A DNA stretch of 64,000 nucleotides, from assembly GCF_964213995.1 (NCBI RefSeq), contig NW_027590365.1, positions 248,001 through 312,000 of the forward strand. The letters run 5' to 3'. Below are positions 40,999 to 53,739 of this stretch, in pieces. This DNA is from Mustelus asterias. Its lineage: Eukaryota. Position numbers and translations under genes: made by a program. The notes under the pieces were generated by a model. The model saw nothing but the letters and a program-made list of their open reading frames with translations, had not been told where the DNA came from and ran no database searches. The number at the start of each line of letters is the position of its first letter. The stretch's first letter is position 1.

Positions 40999-41732
40999 CA
41001 TGGAAGGGGAGAGCAGCAGTCACAGCGAAGACAAACTGTACACGTGTTCCACATGTGGATCTGGATTCAACCAATCGACTGTTATGGGAAGGCACAAGTG
41101 TAACCGAAACAGGGAGAGTCCGTGTGGACAATGTGGGAATACTGGGAATGGATTCCATTATCCCTCTGATCAGGAAACTAATCGATTTGGTCACACTGGG
41201 GAGAGTCCATGTGGGCAATGTGGGGATACCAGGAAGGGATTCTGTTATCCCTCTGATCAGGAAATTCATCAATGCAGTCACACTGGGGAGAGTCCATTCA
41301 CCTGCCCCCTGTGCGAAAAGGGATTCACTCGATTTTCAAACATGTTGCGACACCAGCAGGTTCACACCGGGGAGAAACCTTTCACCTGCATCCCACCTGC
41401 TGACACACCAGCGAGTTCACACCGGGGAGAGACCGTTGACCTGCTGTGTGTGTGAAAAGAGATTTACTGAGTCATCGGCCCTGCTGAGACACAAGCGAGT
41501 TCACACCGGGGAGAGACCATTCCCCTGCTGTGTGTGTGGGAAGGGATTTGCTGAATCATCAATCCTGCTGCGACACCAGCAAGTTCATACCGGGGAGAGG
41601 CCATTCACCTGCTCAGTGTGTGGGAAGGGATTCACTCAATCATCCAACCTTGTGAGACACCAGTGGGTTCACAAGCAACTGCACTGTTCTGATTCAGCAG
41701 TTATTACTGCTGTTAATCAGATTCGGGGGTGA
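40999..41732 (+). pseudogene. C2H2 ZNF unit Z9, frameshifted by an internal deletion
   Basis: [16 protein letters not shown] followed by degenerate fingers. A deletion at ~41389 (FTC|ISHLLTH) shifts the frame; the last 3 fingers are in the second frame. Confidence 0.72.
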
Positions 41733-42384
41733 ACCTTGTTCATTATAAAACAGGGGAGTCTTGATGCTGTTGCTGATAACCACAGCAACTGGGCTGCAGT
41801 TGGAAGAATTTTCATTTATATAGTGCCTTTCACAACCTCAGGGTACCTCGATGCGCAGACAGAAATGTGATGCTGATCAGAGGTGATCTGTTTTTAGTGA
41901 GGTTGGATGAGAGCGAAATATATAATAAATTTATAATAGAATTTTACACTAAGTTTGAAAACAATGTTACTCAATCTGAAACAGGAGTCTTAAATCCTAA
42001 CAGAAGTAACCGTGAAGTTTTGAGGGGGCAACTGGATTGTGGTGTATTAGGAAAATACCGAAAAGCAGTGGATCCGTTGTCAACAAATGTATTCCCACAA
42101 ACAAAGCTGATAAATGACTGAGTCAATCTCTTCCCACACACACAACCACCATCATCTGGAAGGACAAGGACAGCAGACACATGGGAACACCACCTGCTGG
42201 AAATTCCCCTCCGAGCCACACACCTTCCTAACTTGGAAATACATCACCGTTCCTTCATTGTCACTGGATCAAAATCCTGTAATTCCCTCCCTAACAGCAC
42301 TATGGGTGTACCTACAACACATGGACTGAAGGAAGGCAGCTCACCACCACCTTCTCAGTAAATTTATGCAAAAGTCTGAAAACA

Positions 42385-42600
42385 TGTACCAAACGACTCA
42401 AGAACAACTTCTTCCTTACTGTCATGTTTGAATGGTCCTATCATATATTAAGCTGATCTTTCTCTTCACCCTACCTGTACCTGCACCCTATCCTTTCCTT
42501 CTCCCTATGTACTCCATGAAAGGTATGCTTTGTCTGTATAGCGTGCAAGCAACAATACTTTTCAGTGGATCCCAATACATTTGACAATAAATCAAATCAA
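42385..42600 (+). mobile_element. LINE 3' end (Rex1/Babar-like); inverted sister copy at 44885-45080
   Basis: TKRLKNNFF-like coding end and a tail ending aataaatcaaatcaa; the reverse complement is present at 44885-45080. Confidence 0.5.
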
Positions 42601-43240
42601 AATTTAATGCACATGTTGTGAAGTAGAAATCATGCAGGGCAATTGCAACACTTGTGAGGGACAGTGCAAGGCTCCCTCTACACTTTCCCATCAAACACTC
42701 CTGAGGTATGTACAACCCATCTAAGGTACAGAGGAAAGTTCTCTCTCAATCATCCTGTGAAAAACTCCCAGGGGAAGCACTGCCCAAGCTAGGTACAAAG
42801 GAAAACTCCCATTACATGCCACATCAAACAGTGCCAGAGAGGAGGAACACTTTGGATAAGAAAAACTCCATCTGCACTGCCCCACCAAACACTCCCAGCC
42901 CATAATGAGCTGGGTTCCAGGAGGTTAGTTACCAGGCGATTAAATTATGTCATAAAGCAACACCATTTAATCCAGCTGGTCCTCTCTTTGACCTTTTAAA
43001 AATGGAGAATTGGGACATCCTTTCCCCAAACAGCGCCAGAGAGTAGGCACAGTTTTCATAAACTCCCTCTACACCGCCCCATCAAACACTCCCAGCCCAG
43101 AATGAGCTGAGCTCAAGGAGGTTAGTTACCAGGCAATGAAATTATGTCTTTGGTGGAGGCAGGCACGCTGACATCGTTTAAGACTTACCTGGATTGTCAC
43201 ATGAGCAGCCTGGGAATGGAGGGATACAAACGATTGGTCT

Positions 43241-44040
43241 AAAGTCCAACAGGTTTATTTGGTAGCAAAAGACACTAGCTTTCGGAGCGCTGCTCCTTTG
43301 TCAGGTGAATGGGATTTCAGTTCACAAACAGGGCATATAAAGACAAACTCAATTTACAAAATAATGGTTGGAATGCGAGTCTTTATAGGTAATCCAGTCT
43401 TAAAGGTACAGACACTGTGAGTGGAGAGAGGGTTAAGCACAGGTTAAAGAGATGTGTATTGTCTTCAGCCAGGACAGTTAGTGAGATTTTGCAAGCCCAG
43501 GCAAGTCGTGGGGGTTACAGATGGTGTGACATGAACCCAAGATCCTGGTTGAGGCCGTCCTCATGTGTGCGGAACTTGGCCATCAGTCTCTGCATTCTCC
43601 AAGGCGGCCTTCACGACAACGCAGAGTCGCTGAGCAGAGACTGATAGCCAATTTCCGCGCACGAGGACGGCCTCAACCGGGATCTTGGGTTCATGTCACA
43701 CTATCTGTAACCCCAACGACTTGCAAAATCTCACTAACTGTCCTGGCTGGAGACAATACACATCTCTTTAACCTGTGCTTAACCCTCTCTCCACTCACAT
43801 TGTCTGTACCTTTAAGACTTGATTACCTGTAAAGACTCGCATTCTAACCATTATTTTGTAAATTGAGTTTGTATCTTTATATGCCCTGTTTGTGAACAGA
43901 ACTCCCACTCACCTGAAGAAGGGGCTTGGGGCTCCGAAAGCTCGTGGCTTTTGCTATCAAATAAACCTGTTGGACTTTAACCTGGTGTTGTGACACTTCT
44001 TACTGTGTTTACCCCAATTCAACGCTGGCATCTCCACATT
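43241..44040 (+). mobile_element. Penelope-like element 3' end with inverted partial terminal repeat
   Basis: 43241-43593 is the reverse complement of ~43634-43979. The centre encodes ILQGGL..RRVAEQRLIA.F...DGLNRDLGFMSHY (PLE endonuclease C-terminus). Confidence 0.8.
43910..43946 (+). ncRNA. Minimal type I hammerhead ribozyme motif (PLE-associated)
   Basis: CAC-CUGAAGA-A-GGGGC-uuggg-GCUCC-GAAA-GCUC-GUG: conserved core, stem II, palindromic stem III and stem I CAC/GUG. Confidence 0.6.
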
Positions 44041-44169
44041 TTGGAAATATATCACCATTCCTTCACAGTCGCTGGGTCAAAATCCTGGAATTCCCTCCCT
44101 ATCAGCAGGGTGGATGTACTTGCACAACATGGACGGCAGTGGGTTCAGGTCCCATACATCACAAAGGTA

Positions 44170-44860
44170 GACACTCCTGCGCCCCCTACAAACATGGCGA
44201 TCCCTGCTGCACATTGCCCCTTACAAAGATGCCGGCCGCACATGCGCACTGATAGACATTGCCACCAACAGATTGGCGGCCGTCAGCCCAGCCCAACACG
44301 ACAAGTTGCGCCTCCAATTTGGTACCAACAGGGTGCCCGGGAAGTTATTTTCCAGGGTTTGGATTTGAACAACATGTTTACGAAGGCTCTCCACCCACCC
44401 GCCACATTCATCGCTCTCTGCGCGCCGCTCTCTACCTTGAACTGATCTTGGATCCGAGTTAAAACCGTCCGTCCGCCGCCATTACCCGCACTGCGCATGC
44501 TTCAGACTCCTCCCCTATTCACTCTGGTTGGAGGACCAGCCGCTCCCGCTCGGTCCTCCAGCCCCGCCCCCTTTTCCTCTTGGCCCGGAACCGCCGTCAA
44601 TCAGTCCCCGGGCATTGTGACGTTGGGCATGCGCAGTGCGGCTCATCCCCAGGGACAGGCGCTTGTTTGTCTGATCTTCAGGCGGGAAGGAGGCGGATAA
44701 GCGGAGGCAGCGTTAGGGGCAGTGGGTGGGAGGGGAGGCTCCACACACCCAGTGGAGGCTTCAACACCCCCAATAAGGAACTAGCGGCACCTCCTCAACA
44801 CCCAACACAACGGCAGCTGCAGCGCTTCCTCCCGGGGCCAGGCCCCACTGGACAAATGTG
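44170..44860. promoter_or_regulatory. Promoter cassette P4 (inverted relative to P1/P3), candidate promoter of Z10
   Basis: CpG-rich, with NRF1 motifs, GGAGGACC palindrome (44528-44560), GC box, TGACG and CCGCCAT. Confidence 0.7.
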
Positions 44861-45364
44861 GCTTCAGGAAGGAAATGCAGCAATGGGTTTGATTTGATTT
44901 ATTATTGTCACATGTATTGGGATACAGTGAAAAGTATTGTTTCTTGCGCGGTGTACAGACAAAGCATACTGTTCATAGAGTACATAGGGGAGTAGGAAAG
45001 GAGAGAGTGCAGAATGTAGTATTACAGTTACAGAAAGGGTGAAGAGAAAGATCAGCTTAATATGAGGTAGGTCCATTCAAAAGGAGGAGGCTTTGGAGAG
45101 GGTACAGAAAGGATTTACCAGGATGTTGCCTGGTATGGAGGGCATTAGTTATGAGAAGAGGTTGGAGAAACTTGGTTTGTTCTCACTGGAACAACGGAGG
45201 TTGAGGGGTGAACTGATAGAATTCTACAAGATTATGAGGGGCATGGACAGAGTGGATAGTCAGAAGCTTTTTCCCAGGATGGAAGTCAATTACAAGGAGG
45301 CACAGGTTTAAGGTGTGAGGGGCGAGGTTTAATGGAGATGTTTGAGGCAAGTTTTTTACACATA

Positions 45365-46180
45365 GTCATAGAGGTTTACAGCATGGAAACAGGTCCTTTG
45401 GCCAACTTGTCCATGCCACCCTTTTTTAAAAAAACTTCTAAGCTAATCCCAATTGCCCGCATTTGGCCCATATCCCTCTATGCCCATTGTACCCATGTAA
45501 CTATCTAAATGCTTTTTAAAAGACAAAATTGTACCCACCTCTACTCCTACGTCTGGCAGCTTGTTCCAGACACTCACCACCCTCTGTGTGAAAAAATTGC
45601 CCCTCTGGACACTTTTGTATCTCTCCCCTCTCACCTTAAACCTATCCCCTCTAGTTTTAGATTCCCCTACCTTTGGGAAAAGATATTGACCATCGAGCTG
45701 ATCTGTGCCCCTCATTATTTTATAGACCTCTACAAGATCAACCCTCAGCCTCCGACGCTCCAGAGAAAAAAGTCCCAGTCTATCCAGTCTCTCCTTATAA
45801 CTCAATCCATCAAGTCCTGGTTGCATCCTAGTAAATCTTTTCTGCACTCTTTCTAGTTTAATAATATCCTTTCTATAATAGGGTGACCAGAATTACACAC
45901 AGTATTCCAAGTGTGGCCTTACCAATGTCTTGTCCCACTTCAACAAGACATTCCAACTCCTGTATTCAGTGTTCTGACCGATGAAACCAGGCATGCCGAA
46001 TGCCTTCTTCACCATTCTGTCCACCTGTGACTCCATTTTCAAGGAGCTATGAACATGTACCCCAAGATCTCTTTGTTCTGTAACTCTCCCCAACGCCCTA
46101 CCATTAATTGAGTAAGTCCTGCCCTGGATCAATCTACCAAAATGCATCACCTCGCATTTGTCTAAATTAAACTCCACCCG
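45365..46180 (-). mobile_element. CR1 LINE 3' part; a + strand CR1 fragment lies at 45085-45360
   Basis: EFNLDKCEVMHFGR, QRDLGVHVH, TLVRPHLEYC and RGNFFTQRVV, followed by the CR1 3' UTR. Confidence 0.9.
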
Positions 46181-46649
46181 CAAGTGGTTCTGATGTTACA
46201 GAAAAATAACTTGGCAATAATAGTCAATTACAGCAAATCAGAAACCAGGAATGTTTCTAATCCTTCATTGACGGACATATTCGCCAATTAAATCCTAGCT
46301 TTTCACCCTTTCGCATTCGATGAAAAATTGACTCCTGCAAATCTTTTATTTGCATAGCATATCCCCATATCTCGCCTTTGGTATTTGTTATGGAGAAATC
46401 TGGCCTTGCTCACCCTCTGGTGAAGGCCGAAAAGCAGAATGTTCTGGGGCCTACGCAGGTGAAGATTAGCCTGTTCATGCTGAAATAGCAGACACTGACT
46501 CCTTTGAAGGTCTGCAAGCCGAAAAACATTTTCACTAGCTGTTAAAGAGAAGGCAGGAAACTTTAATCTGAGCATTTCCACATAGTCAGCACTGCTTCGT
46601 GCATGTGTTAGAGTGGGCCAAGGCTGAGGCAGCTGTCGTATATATATTT

Positions 46650-46832
46650 ATAGAGAGAGAATAGACTAACATTTCGAGTCTGGATGACCCTTTGTCAGAA
46701 CTCTGATGAAGGGCCATCCAGACTTTAAATGTTGGCTCCATTCTCTCTCCACAGATGCTGTCAGACCTGCTGACATTTTCCAGCATTTTCTGTTTTTGTT
46801 TCAGATTCCAGCATCCGCAATATTTTGCTTTT
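46650..46832 (+). mobile_element. Short Penelope-like terminal repeat with inverted arm
   Basis: gagagagaatag..gagtctggatgaccctttgtcaga mirrored by tctgatgaagggccatccagac..ccattctctctc. Confidence 0.6.
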
Positions 46833-47866
46833 ATATGTATTTATATATCCAAATGTGCTATGTTAACAAAATGGACAGTTACTAACCGAAACATAAAGCA
46901 TCATGTGATTTAGCTGACTTGACCATATTCCTATAGTTATTCAGTCATTAAAGACACAGTCATGGAGCATTAAACTTGCCGAGCAGGGCCCCTTGTATCA
47001 GCACACAGGCAGCTGCTTTGTGAGACTGCGAGCAGAACAGACAAGTCAGAGATAAGAGTGTCTTGAGAAGAGAGATTCATTGTGAAGGATCAGGGACAGT
47101 TGATAAGATGTAGGAATTCTATGATTCTAATGAACATTCTTTCCTCTCTCATTTCCCAAAAGCTGTAAATCTCCATCCCACACACTCTCCCTCCATTCTC
47201 ACTCTGCTGTATCTAATATTCACCCTCCCAATTCTCCTGAAGGTGCTGATTGAGGCTGATTAACAGATCCATGCTCACTGCTTCCTGTCCTGGACACAGA
47301 AATCATAAGAAACAGGAGCTGCAGTTGGCCATTCAGCCCATCGAACTGCCTCAACCATTCATTGAGAATTGGCTGATCTACCACAGCATCATTTCCCACG
47401 CTATCCCCCAGATAGAGAGAGAATAGAGCCAATGTTTTGAGTCTGGAGAGAGGAAAGAATGTTCCATAGAAACTAGAATTGTGTGTTCTGAATTTCTATC
47501 CTGCACTGACACTGATGACCTCTGTAAACTTGTTTTACAGGATACTGAAAGAGGAATCACAGGCTGAAATCTCAAACGTTGTGTCTAGATCTGACAGAGT
47601 CATATTCCATGGGACCTGAATATCATCGGCCTTTGAATCGAGGAGAAATGGTTGTCCGGCCTGATGACTTGAAAAGATTTCAAACATCAGTGTGACTGGA
47701 AAAGTGCCAACACACTGCCAGACTGGAGTGAGTGTGTTCCAGTGCACTGAGCTTGAACCAGTTACACAGCCTGAATAAATATCACACCATTCACAGCGGG
47801 GGTGGGGGGACTGTTCTGTGTGTGGACGAGTCTTCAACTGAAGAGAGAGGCAAGGACACCTGCACC

Positions 47867-48793
47867 ATGGAGAAACCATGGAAATGTGGGGACTGTGGGA
47901 AGAGATACAGATACCCATCTGATCTGGAAGCTCATCGGCGCAGCCACACTGGGGAGAGGCCATTTACTTGCTCTCACTGTGCGAAGGGATTCAGTCAGTT
48001 ATCCAGCCTGCGGACACACCAGCGAGTTCACACTGGGGAGAGGCCATTCACCTGCTCTCAGTGTGAGAAGGGATTCACTGATTTATCCACCCTGCGGACA
48101 CACCAGCGAGTTCACACTGGGGAGAGGCCGTTCACCTGCTCTCAGTGTGGGAAGGGGTTCAGTCGATTATCCAGCCTGCAGAGACACCAACGAGCTCACA
48201 CTGGGGAGACACCATTCACCTGTTCTCAGTGTGGGAAGGAATTCACTCGGTCATCCAGCCTGCAGACACACCAGCGAGTTCACACTGGGGAGAGACCGTT
48301 CACCTGCTCTCAGTGTGGGGAGGGATTCACTCGGTCATCCAGCCTGCGGACACACCAGCGAGTTCACACTGGGGAGAGGCCATTCACCTGCTCTCAGTGT
48401 GAGAAGGGATTCACTGATTTATCCACCCTGCAGAGACACCAGCGAGTTCACACTGGGGAGAGACCGTTCACCTGCTCTCAGTGTGGGAAGGGATTCACTG
48501 ATTTATCCACCCTGCGGAGACACCAGCGAGTTCACACTGGGGAGTGGCCGTTCACCTGCTCTATGTGTGGGAAGGGGTTCAGTCAATTAGCTAAGCTGGA
48601 GACCCACCAGCGTGTTCACACTGGGGAGAGACCATTCACCTGCTCTCAGTGTGAGAAGGGATTCACTAGTTTATTCACCCTGCGGAGTCACCAGCGAGTT
48701 CACACTGGGGAGAGGCCGTTCACCTGCTCTCAGTGTGGGAAGGGATTCAGAGTTTCATCCCAGCTGCTGAGACACCAACAAGTTCACAAGTGA
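47867..48793 (+). CDS. C2H2 zinc-finger protein, 11 fingers (unit Z10)
   Basis: accATGg start ([10 protein letters not shown]) and 11 intact fingers. The last finger ([15 protein letters not shown]) and 3' UTR closely match Z1. Confidence 0.9.
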   Translation: MEKPWKCGDCGKRYRYPSDLEAHRRSHTGERPFTCSHCAKGFSQLSSLRTHQRVHTGERPFTCSQCEKGFTDLSTLRTHQRVHTGERPFTCSQCGKGFSRLSSLQRHQRAHTGETPFTCSQCGKEFTRSSSLQTHQRVHTGERPFTCSQCGEGFTRSSSLRTHQRVHTGERPFTCSQCEKGFTDLSTLQRHQRVHTGERPFTCSQCGKGFTDLSTLRRHQRVHTGEWPFTCSMCGKGFSQLAKLETHQRVHTGERPFTCSQCEKGFTSLFTLRSHQRVHTGERPFTCSQCGKGFRVSSQLLRHQQVHK

Positions 48794-49759
48794 TTCCAGG
48801 GGTTGGATTCTGCTGTTATTGTTTCTGCTCTCAATTACAGGATTTCTGTAATTGATTTCTGTAATTTCTGTAATCTATTGTTTCTGCTCTCAATTACATC
48901 CAGGATTGCATTTTGTTCATTCTCACAGTTGGTCAATGGGGAGGGTCGGAGGGTTTCTTTCTGCTGGACTGGCCGGTCTCATGACTTTGCCTCCAGTGGG
49001 CTGATGCTCTTTGAGTCTTGTTGCAAATACCTGGTTTCAGATTTCACAAGGATCACAGAGTGACAGGGTGTTAGGAAGTTCAGAGATATTTCGTCAGCAT
49101 TTCTGTTTGAAACCTTCCAATGCCCATCCAATTTCCTTTGTAATTGTTTATTGTCTCCACTTCCTCCACCCTCGTAGGCAGCGAGTACCAGGTCATTACC
49201 ATTCGCTGCATCAAAATATTCTTCCTCACATCCCCCCTTCCTCTCTGACCCAAAACCATAAATCTGTGACCCCCTCATCCTTGTCCTGTCAGCTAATGGG
49301 AACAGCTTTTCTTTGTCCACCTTATCTAAACCTGTCAGAATCTTGTCCACCTCTATCAAATCTCCCCTCAACCTCCTTTGCTCCAAGGGGAAGAGCCCCA
49401 GCCTGACATTGACAATAAAGAACAAACTCACAGAATATGTTAATACCTGAAATCAAATGGGAATGTTGAATTTCTGTTTTAAAGAAATCATGAATATATT
49501 GTCCTGTACAATAAAGGGATTTGAATAACTCAGCTTGGGTGCAGTTGAATGAAATGTATCAATCTGGTATCCACCCACAGTCTAGAGGAAGTGTGGAATG
49601 TGTAGCTGGAAATCCCTCCCTAACAGCACTGTGGGTGTACCTACACCTCAGGCATGATAGCAGTTCAGGAAGGCAGTGTTGGTGCTGATCGTGGGCGAGG
49701 CAGCGACGAACAGCCACATGTCCTGTTATAATTGTAAGTTTCAATCTGAAGCTCATTGG

Positions 49760-50170
49760 ACAACTTCCGCATTGAGCAGGCCGGGAGCCCCGCCCCCACC
49801 CTATGTTCCCCCTCCCCCTGCACCTCTTCCAGCCACGGTTTCCAGGCAACCAGCTGGCGGTTCCGGCCAGAGCGAGAAGCCGCGCGGTGACTGCGCATGT
49901 CCAAGGGAGAGGGGAAGATGCGCGTGTTCGGGGGAACCAACCTTTTGACCTGCAGGCTGAGGTGTTGGCCAATGGAAAGTTGGAGGACCGGAAGTTCACT
50001 GGTCCTCCAGCCAATCAGAGCGCCCCCATTGTCTGAATGCGGAAGTGGACAATGAGCTTGTTCAGCTGCTCATTCCTGCCCAGCAAAGTTGCTGCTGCTG
50101 CTCTCTCTCAATGAAGATTGAGCTTCAGACAGACTCAAACTTCCTCCTGTCTCTCCAACATCTGTGAGTA
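49760..50170 (+). promoter_or_regulatory. Promoter P5 plus first exon (donor gtgagt at 50164) for Z11
   Basis: GC box, GGTTTCCAGGCAACC (RFX-like), NRF1, two CCAAT boxes around the GGAGGACC palindrome, and CGGAAGT. Paralog of 61160-61560. Confidence 0.7.
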
Positions 50171-52458
50171 AAATACTTTCTTTTCTCCCCCTTTCCATTC
50201 TTTTCTCATTCTGGGGGAAATTGGGGACTTGCAGCAACTGAAGGAAAAGAAAGTGAATCCAGGGAGGCTGCATACTCTGGAAAGGTTGGCCCAGGTCTCT
50301 CTCTCTCTCTCTCTTAAAGACATTTGCTCCCTCAGCTTGACACATTGATTTGTCTGGCTAAAAGGTCCCTTTCCTAGTGTTCACAATTAAAGGGCTGGTT
50401 TCCCCAGGAGAAGGCTGACATTTAAAAGAACAATAAATTAATATAGGACAGAGATATGCCTAGTGTTGTTATATTGTAGATTTGATATATTATTTATGGT
50501 TCTGTAACAAAGTACGTTTATTATTATTTCTCGTTTTGTAATGTAGCACTGAAGCTATGTTATATATTTTCATTCATCGAGTCATTACAGCGCAGAAGGA
50601 GTCCATTCAGTAACTCGAGTCCATGCTGACTCTCTGTAGAACAATCCAGTCAGTCCCATTCCCTTTCTATATTCCCGTTCCCCTGCAACTTTATTTCCTT
50701 CATGTGCCCATCTAATTTCTGAAATATATTAAAGGGGACAGTAAACTAATACAGGACAGAGACGTGTCTGATGTTGTTTTATTCATCCTTGGGACACGGG
50801 CATTGCCGGCTGGGCCAGCATTTATTGCCCATCCCTAATTCCCCTTGAACTGAGTGGCTCGCTCGGCCATTTCAGAAGCTGGTTGAGAGTCAACCACATT
50901 GCTGTGGCTCTGGAGTCACATGTAGGCCAGACTAGGTAAGGACGGCAGATTTCCTTCCCTAAAGCACATTAATGAACCAGATGGGTTTTTTGGTCAATCG
51001 ACAATGGTTTCATGGTCATCAGTAGATTCTTAATTCTAGATTTTGTTTTTAAATTCAAATTCCACCATTTGTTGTGGCGGGATTCGAACCTGGGTCCCCA
51101 TTAGCTAAGTTTCTGGATTAATAGTCTAGTGATAATACCACGAGGCTTTCAGCTCCCCTGTTGTTATATGGGACAGATTAGATATATTATTTATAGCTCT
51201 GTAATAAAATACACTTATTATATCTGGCTGTGTAATTTTGGACTGCAGCTATATTATATATTTCCAACAATCTCTTCCCTCAGAGAATTGTTAGTATCTA
51301 GATTTCTCTTCCATAGGGACCAGTGGAGGGATTGAATATATTCAAGGATGAGTTGGACAGTTTGTGAATGACAAGGGAGTCAATAATTATTGGGAACGGG
51401 CTGGAAAATGGAGAGAAAGCTCAGATGAGGAAGGATTTCATCACTGAAGGATGTGGTGATGTTTTGGATTCTCTACCCCAGAGGACGATAGAGCCTCAGT
51501 CATCAAGAATTTTCAAGAGAGGGATTGATAGGTTTCTAGATATTGAAGATATCGATGGATATGGGGGACAGTGTGGGGAAAATAATGCAGAGGTAGATCA
51601 ACCAATAATCTCAATGAATGGTTGAGCAGACTCGATGGGCCGAATGCTGACTGCAGCTCCTATTTTTTCTGATTTCTGTGCTGGACAGGAAGCAGTGAGC
51701 ATGGATCTGTCAATCAGCCTCAATCAGCACCTTCAGGAGAATTGGGAGGGTGAATATTAGATGCAGCAGAGTGAGAATGGAGGGAGAGTGTGTGGGATGG
51801 AGATTCACAGCTTTTGGGGAATGAGAGGGGAAAGAATGTTCATTAGAATCATAGAATTGCTGCATCTTATCAACCGTCCCTGAGCTTTCACAATGAATCC
51901 CACTTCTGAGGACACCCTTATCTCTGACTTGTCTGTACTGCTGGCAGTCTCACAAAGCAGCTGCCTGTGTGCTGATACGGGAGGCCCTGCTGGGCAGGTT
52001 TAATGCTCCATGACTGTGTCTTTAATGAATGCTCCATAGAAACTAGAAATGTAGATTTGAATTTCGATCGTATTCTGAATTGCGATGTTTTTTCTAAATT
52101 GACTTACAGGATATTAGACAAGGAGAAATCAGACAGAAATCTCCAACATCACATCGAGATCTGACAGAGTGACTCGATTTCTTGGGACCTGAAATCATCG
52201 GCCTTTGAATCGAGCAGGAGAAATGTTTGTTTGGCCTCTTGGCTTCAAAAGATTGTAAACATCGCTGTGACTAGAAATGCACTGAGATACACACACCCGA
52301 GTGAGAGTGTTCCAGTGCACTGAGTGTGGAAAGAGCTTTAACCAGTTACACAGCCTGAAAATACATCGCAGCATTCACAGTGGGGAGAGACTGTACCCGT
52401 GTTCTGTGTGAGATTTAACTGATTGTTTAACCTGGAGAGTCACAAGGACACCCGCACC

Positions 52459-53739
52459 ATGGAGAAACCGTGGAAATGTGGGAAGGGATTCAGGTTCCCA
52501 TCTGAGCTGGAAATTCATCAACACAGTCACACTGGGGAGAGACCATTCACCTGCTCTGTGTGTGGGAAGGGATTCACTGACTTACCTAATCTGCAGAGAC
52601 ACCAACGAGTTCACACTGGGGAGAGGCCATTCACCTGCTCTGTGTGTGGGAAGGGATTCACTCAGTTATCCAGCCTGCAGAAACACAATCTCTCTCACAC
52701 CAATGAGAGACCCTTTAAATGCTCTGACTGTGGGAGTGGTTTCAAAAGCTCTCGGGAACTGATGATCCACCAGCGCATTCACACCGAGGAGAGACCGTTC
52801 AGCTGCTCTCACTGCACAAAGACATTTAGAACATCATCCCACCTGCGGGAGCACCAACGAGTTCACACCGGGGAGAGACTGTTCACCTGCTCGGTGTGTG
52901 GGAAGGGATTCACTCATTCATCAAACCTGTGCAGACACAATCTCACTCACAGCAATGAGAGACCCTTTAAATGCTCTGACTGTGGGAGCGGATTCAAAAG
53001 CTCTCATGGACTGATGTCCCACCAGCGCATTCACACTGAGGAGAGACCGTTCAGCTGCTCTCACTGCACAAAGAGATTTAGAACTTCATCCGAACTGCGG
53101 AGACACCAGCGAGTTCACACCGCGGAGAGGCCGTTCCCCTGCTCTGTGTGTGGGAAGGGATTCAGTCAGTCATCCAGCCTGCAGAAACACAAAGCCACTC
53201 ACTCCAATGAGAGACCATTTAAATGCTCTGACTGTGGGAATGGATTCAAAAGCTCTCAGGATCTGATGTCCCACCAGCGCATTCACACTGAGGAGAGACC
53301 GTTCAGCTGCTCTCACTGCACAAAGAGGTTTAGAACATCATACAGCCTGCTGAAACACCATCGAGTTCACACCGGGGAGAGACCATTCACCTGCTCGGTG
53401 TGTGGGAAGGGATTCACTACTTCATCCCACCTGCGCAGACACAAAGTCACTCACACTAATGAGAGACCGTTTAAATGCTCTGACTGTGGGAGCGGATTCA
53501 AAAGCTCTCAGGATCTGGTGTCCCACCAGCGCATTCACACTGAGGAGAGACCGTTCAGCTGCTCTCACTGCTCAAAGAGGTTTAAAAGGTCATCCAGCCT
53601 GAGGGAACATCAGCGAGTTCACACTGGGGAGAGACCATTCACCTGCTCTGTGTGTGGGAAGGGATTCACTACTTCATCCATCCTGCTGAGACACAAAGCC
53701 ACTCACTCCAAGGAGAGACCCTTTAAATGCTGTGCCTGA
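52459..53739 (+). CDS. C2H2 zinc-finger protein, 14 intact fingers in a 3-finger repeat (unit Z11)
   Basis: MEKPWKC start (first finger lacks CxxC), then repeating CSVC/CSDC/CSHC fingers. Degenerate fingers follow the stop to ~54120. Confidence 0.9.
   Translation: MEKPWKCGKGFRFPSELEIHQHSHTGERPFTCSVCGKGFTDLPNLQRHQRVHTGERPFTCSVCGKGFTQLSSLQKHNLSHTNERPFKCSDCGSGFKSSRELMIHQRIHTEERPFSCSHCTKTFRTSSHLREHQRVHTGERLFTCSVCGKGFTHSSNLCRHNLTHSNERPFKCSDCGSGFKSSHGLMSHQRIHTEERPFSCSHCTKRFRTSSELRRHQRVHTAERPFPCSVCGKGFSQSSSLQKHKATHSNERPFKCSDCGNGFKSSQDLMSHQRIHTEERPFSCSHCTKRFRTSYSLLKHHRVHTGERPFTCSVCGKGFTTSSHLRRHKVTHTNERPFKCSDCGSGFKSSQDLVSHQRIHTEERPFSCSHCSKRFKRSSSLREHQRVHTGERPFTCSVCGKGFTTSSILLRHKATHSKERPFKCCA

Noticed and set aside
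46185-46645. Unassigned segment with an octamer motif ATTTGCAT (46348-46355)
   Set aside because: A single 8-mer is expected by chance, and I see no snRNA or immunoglobulin gene nearby.
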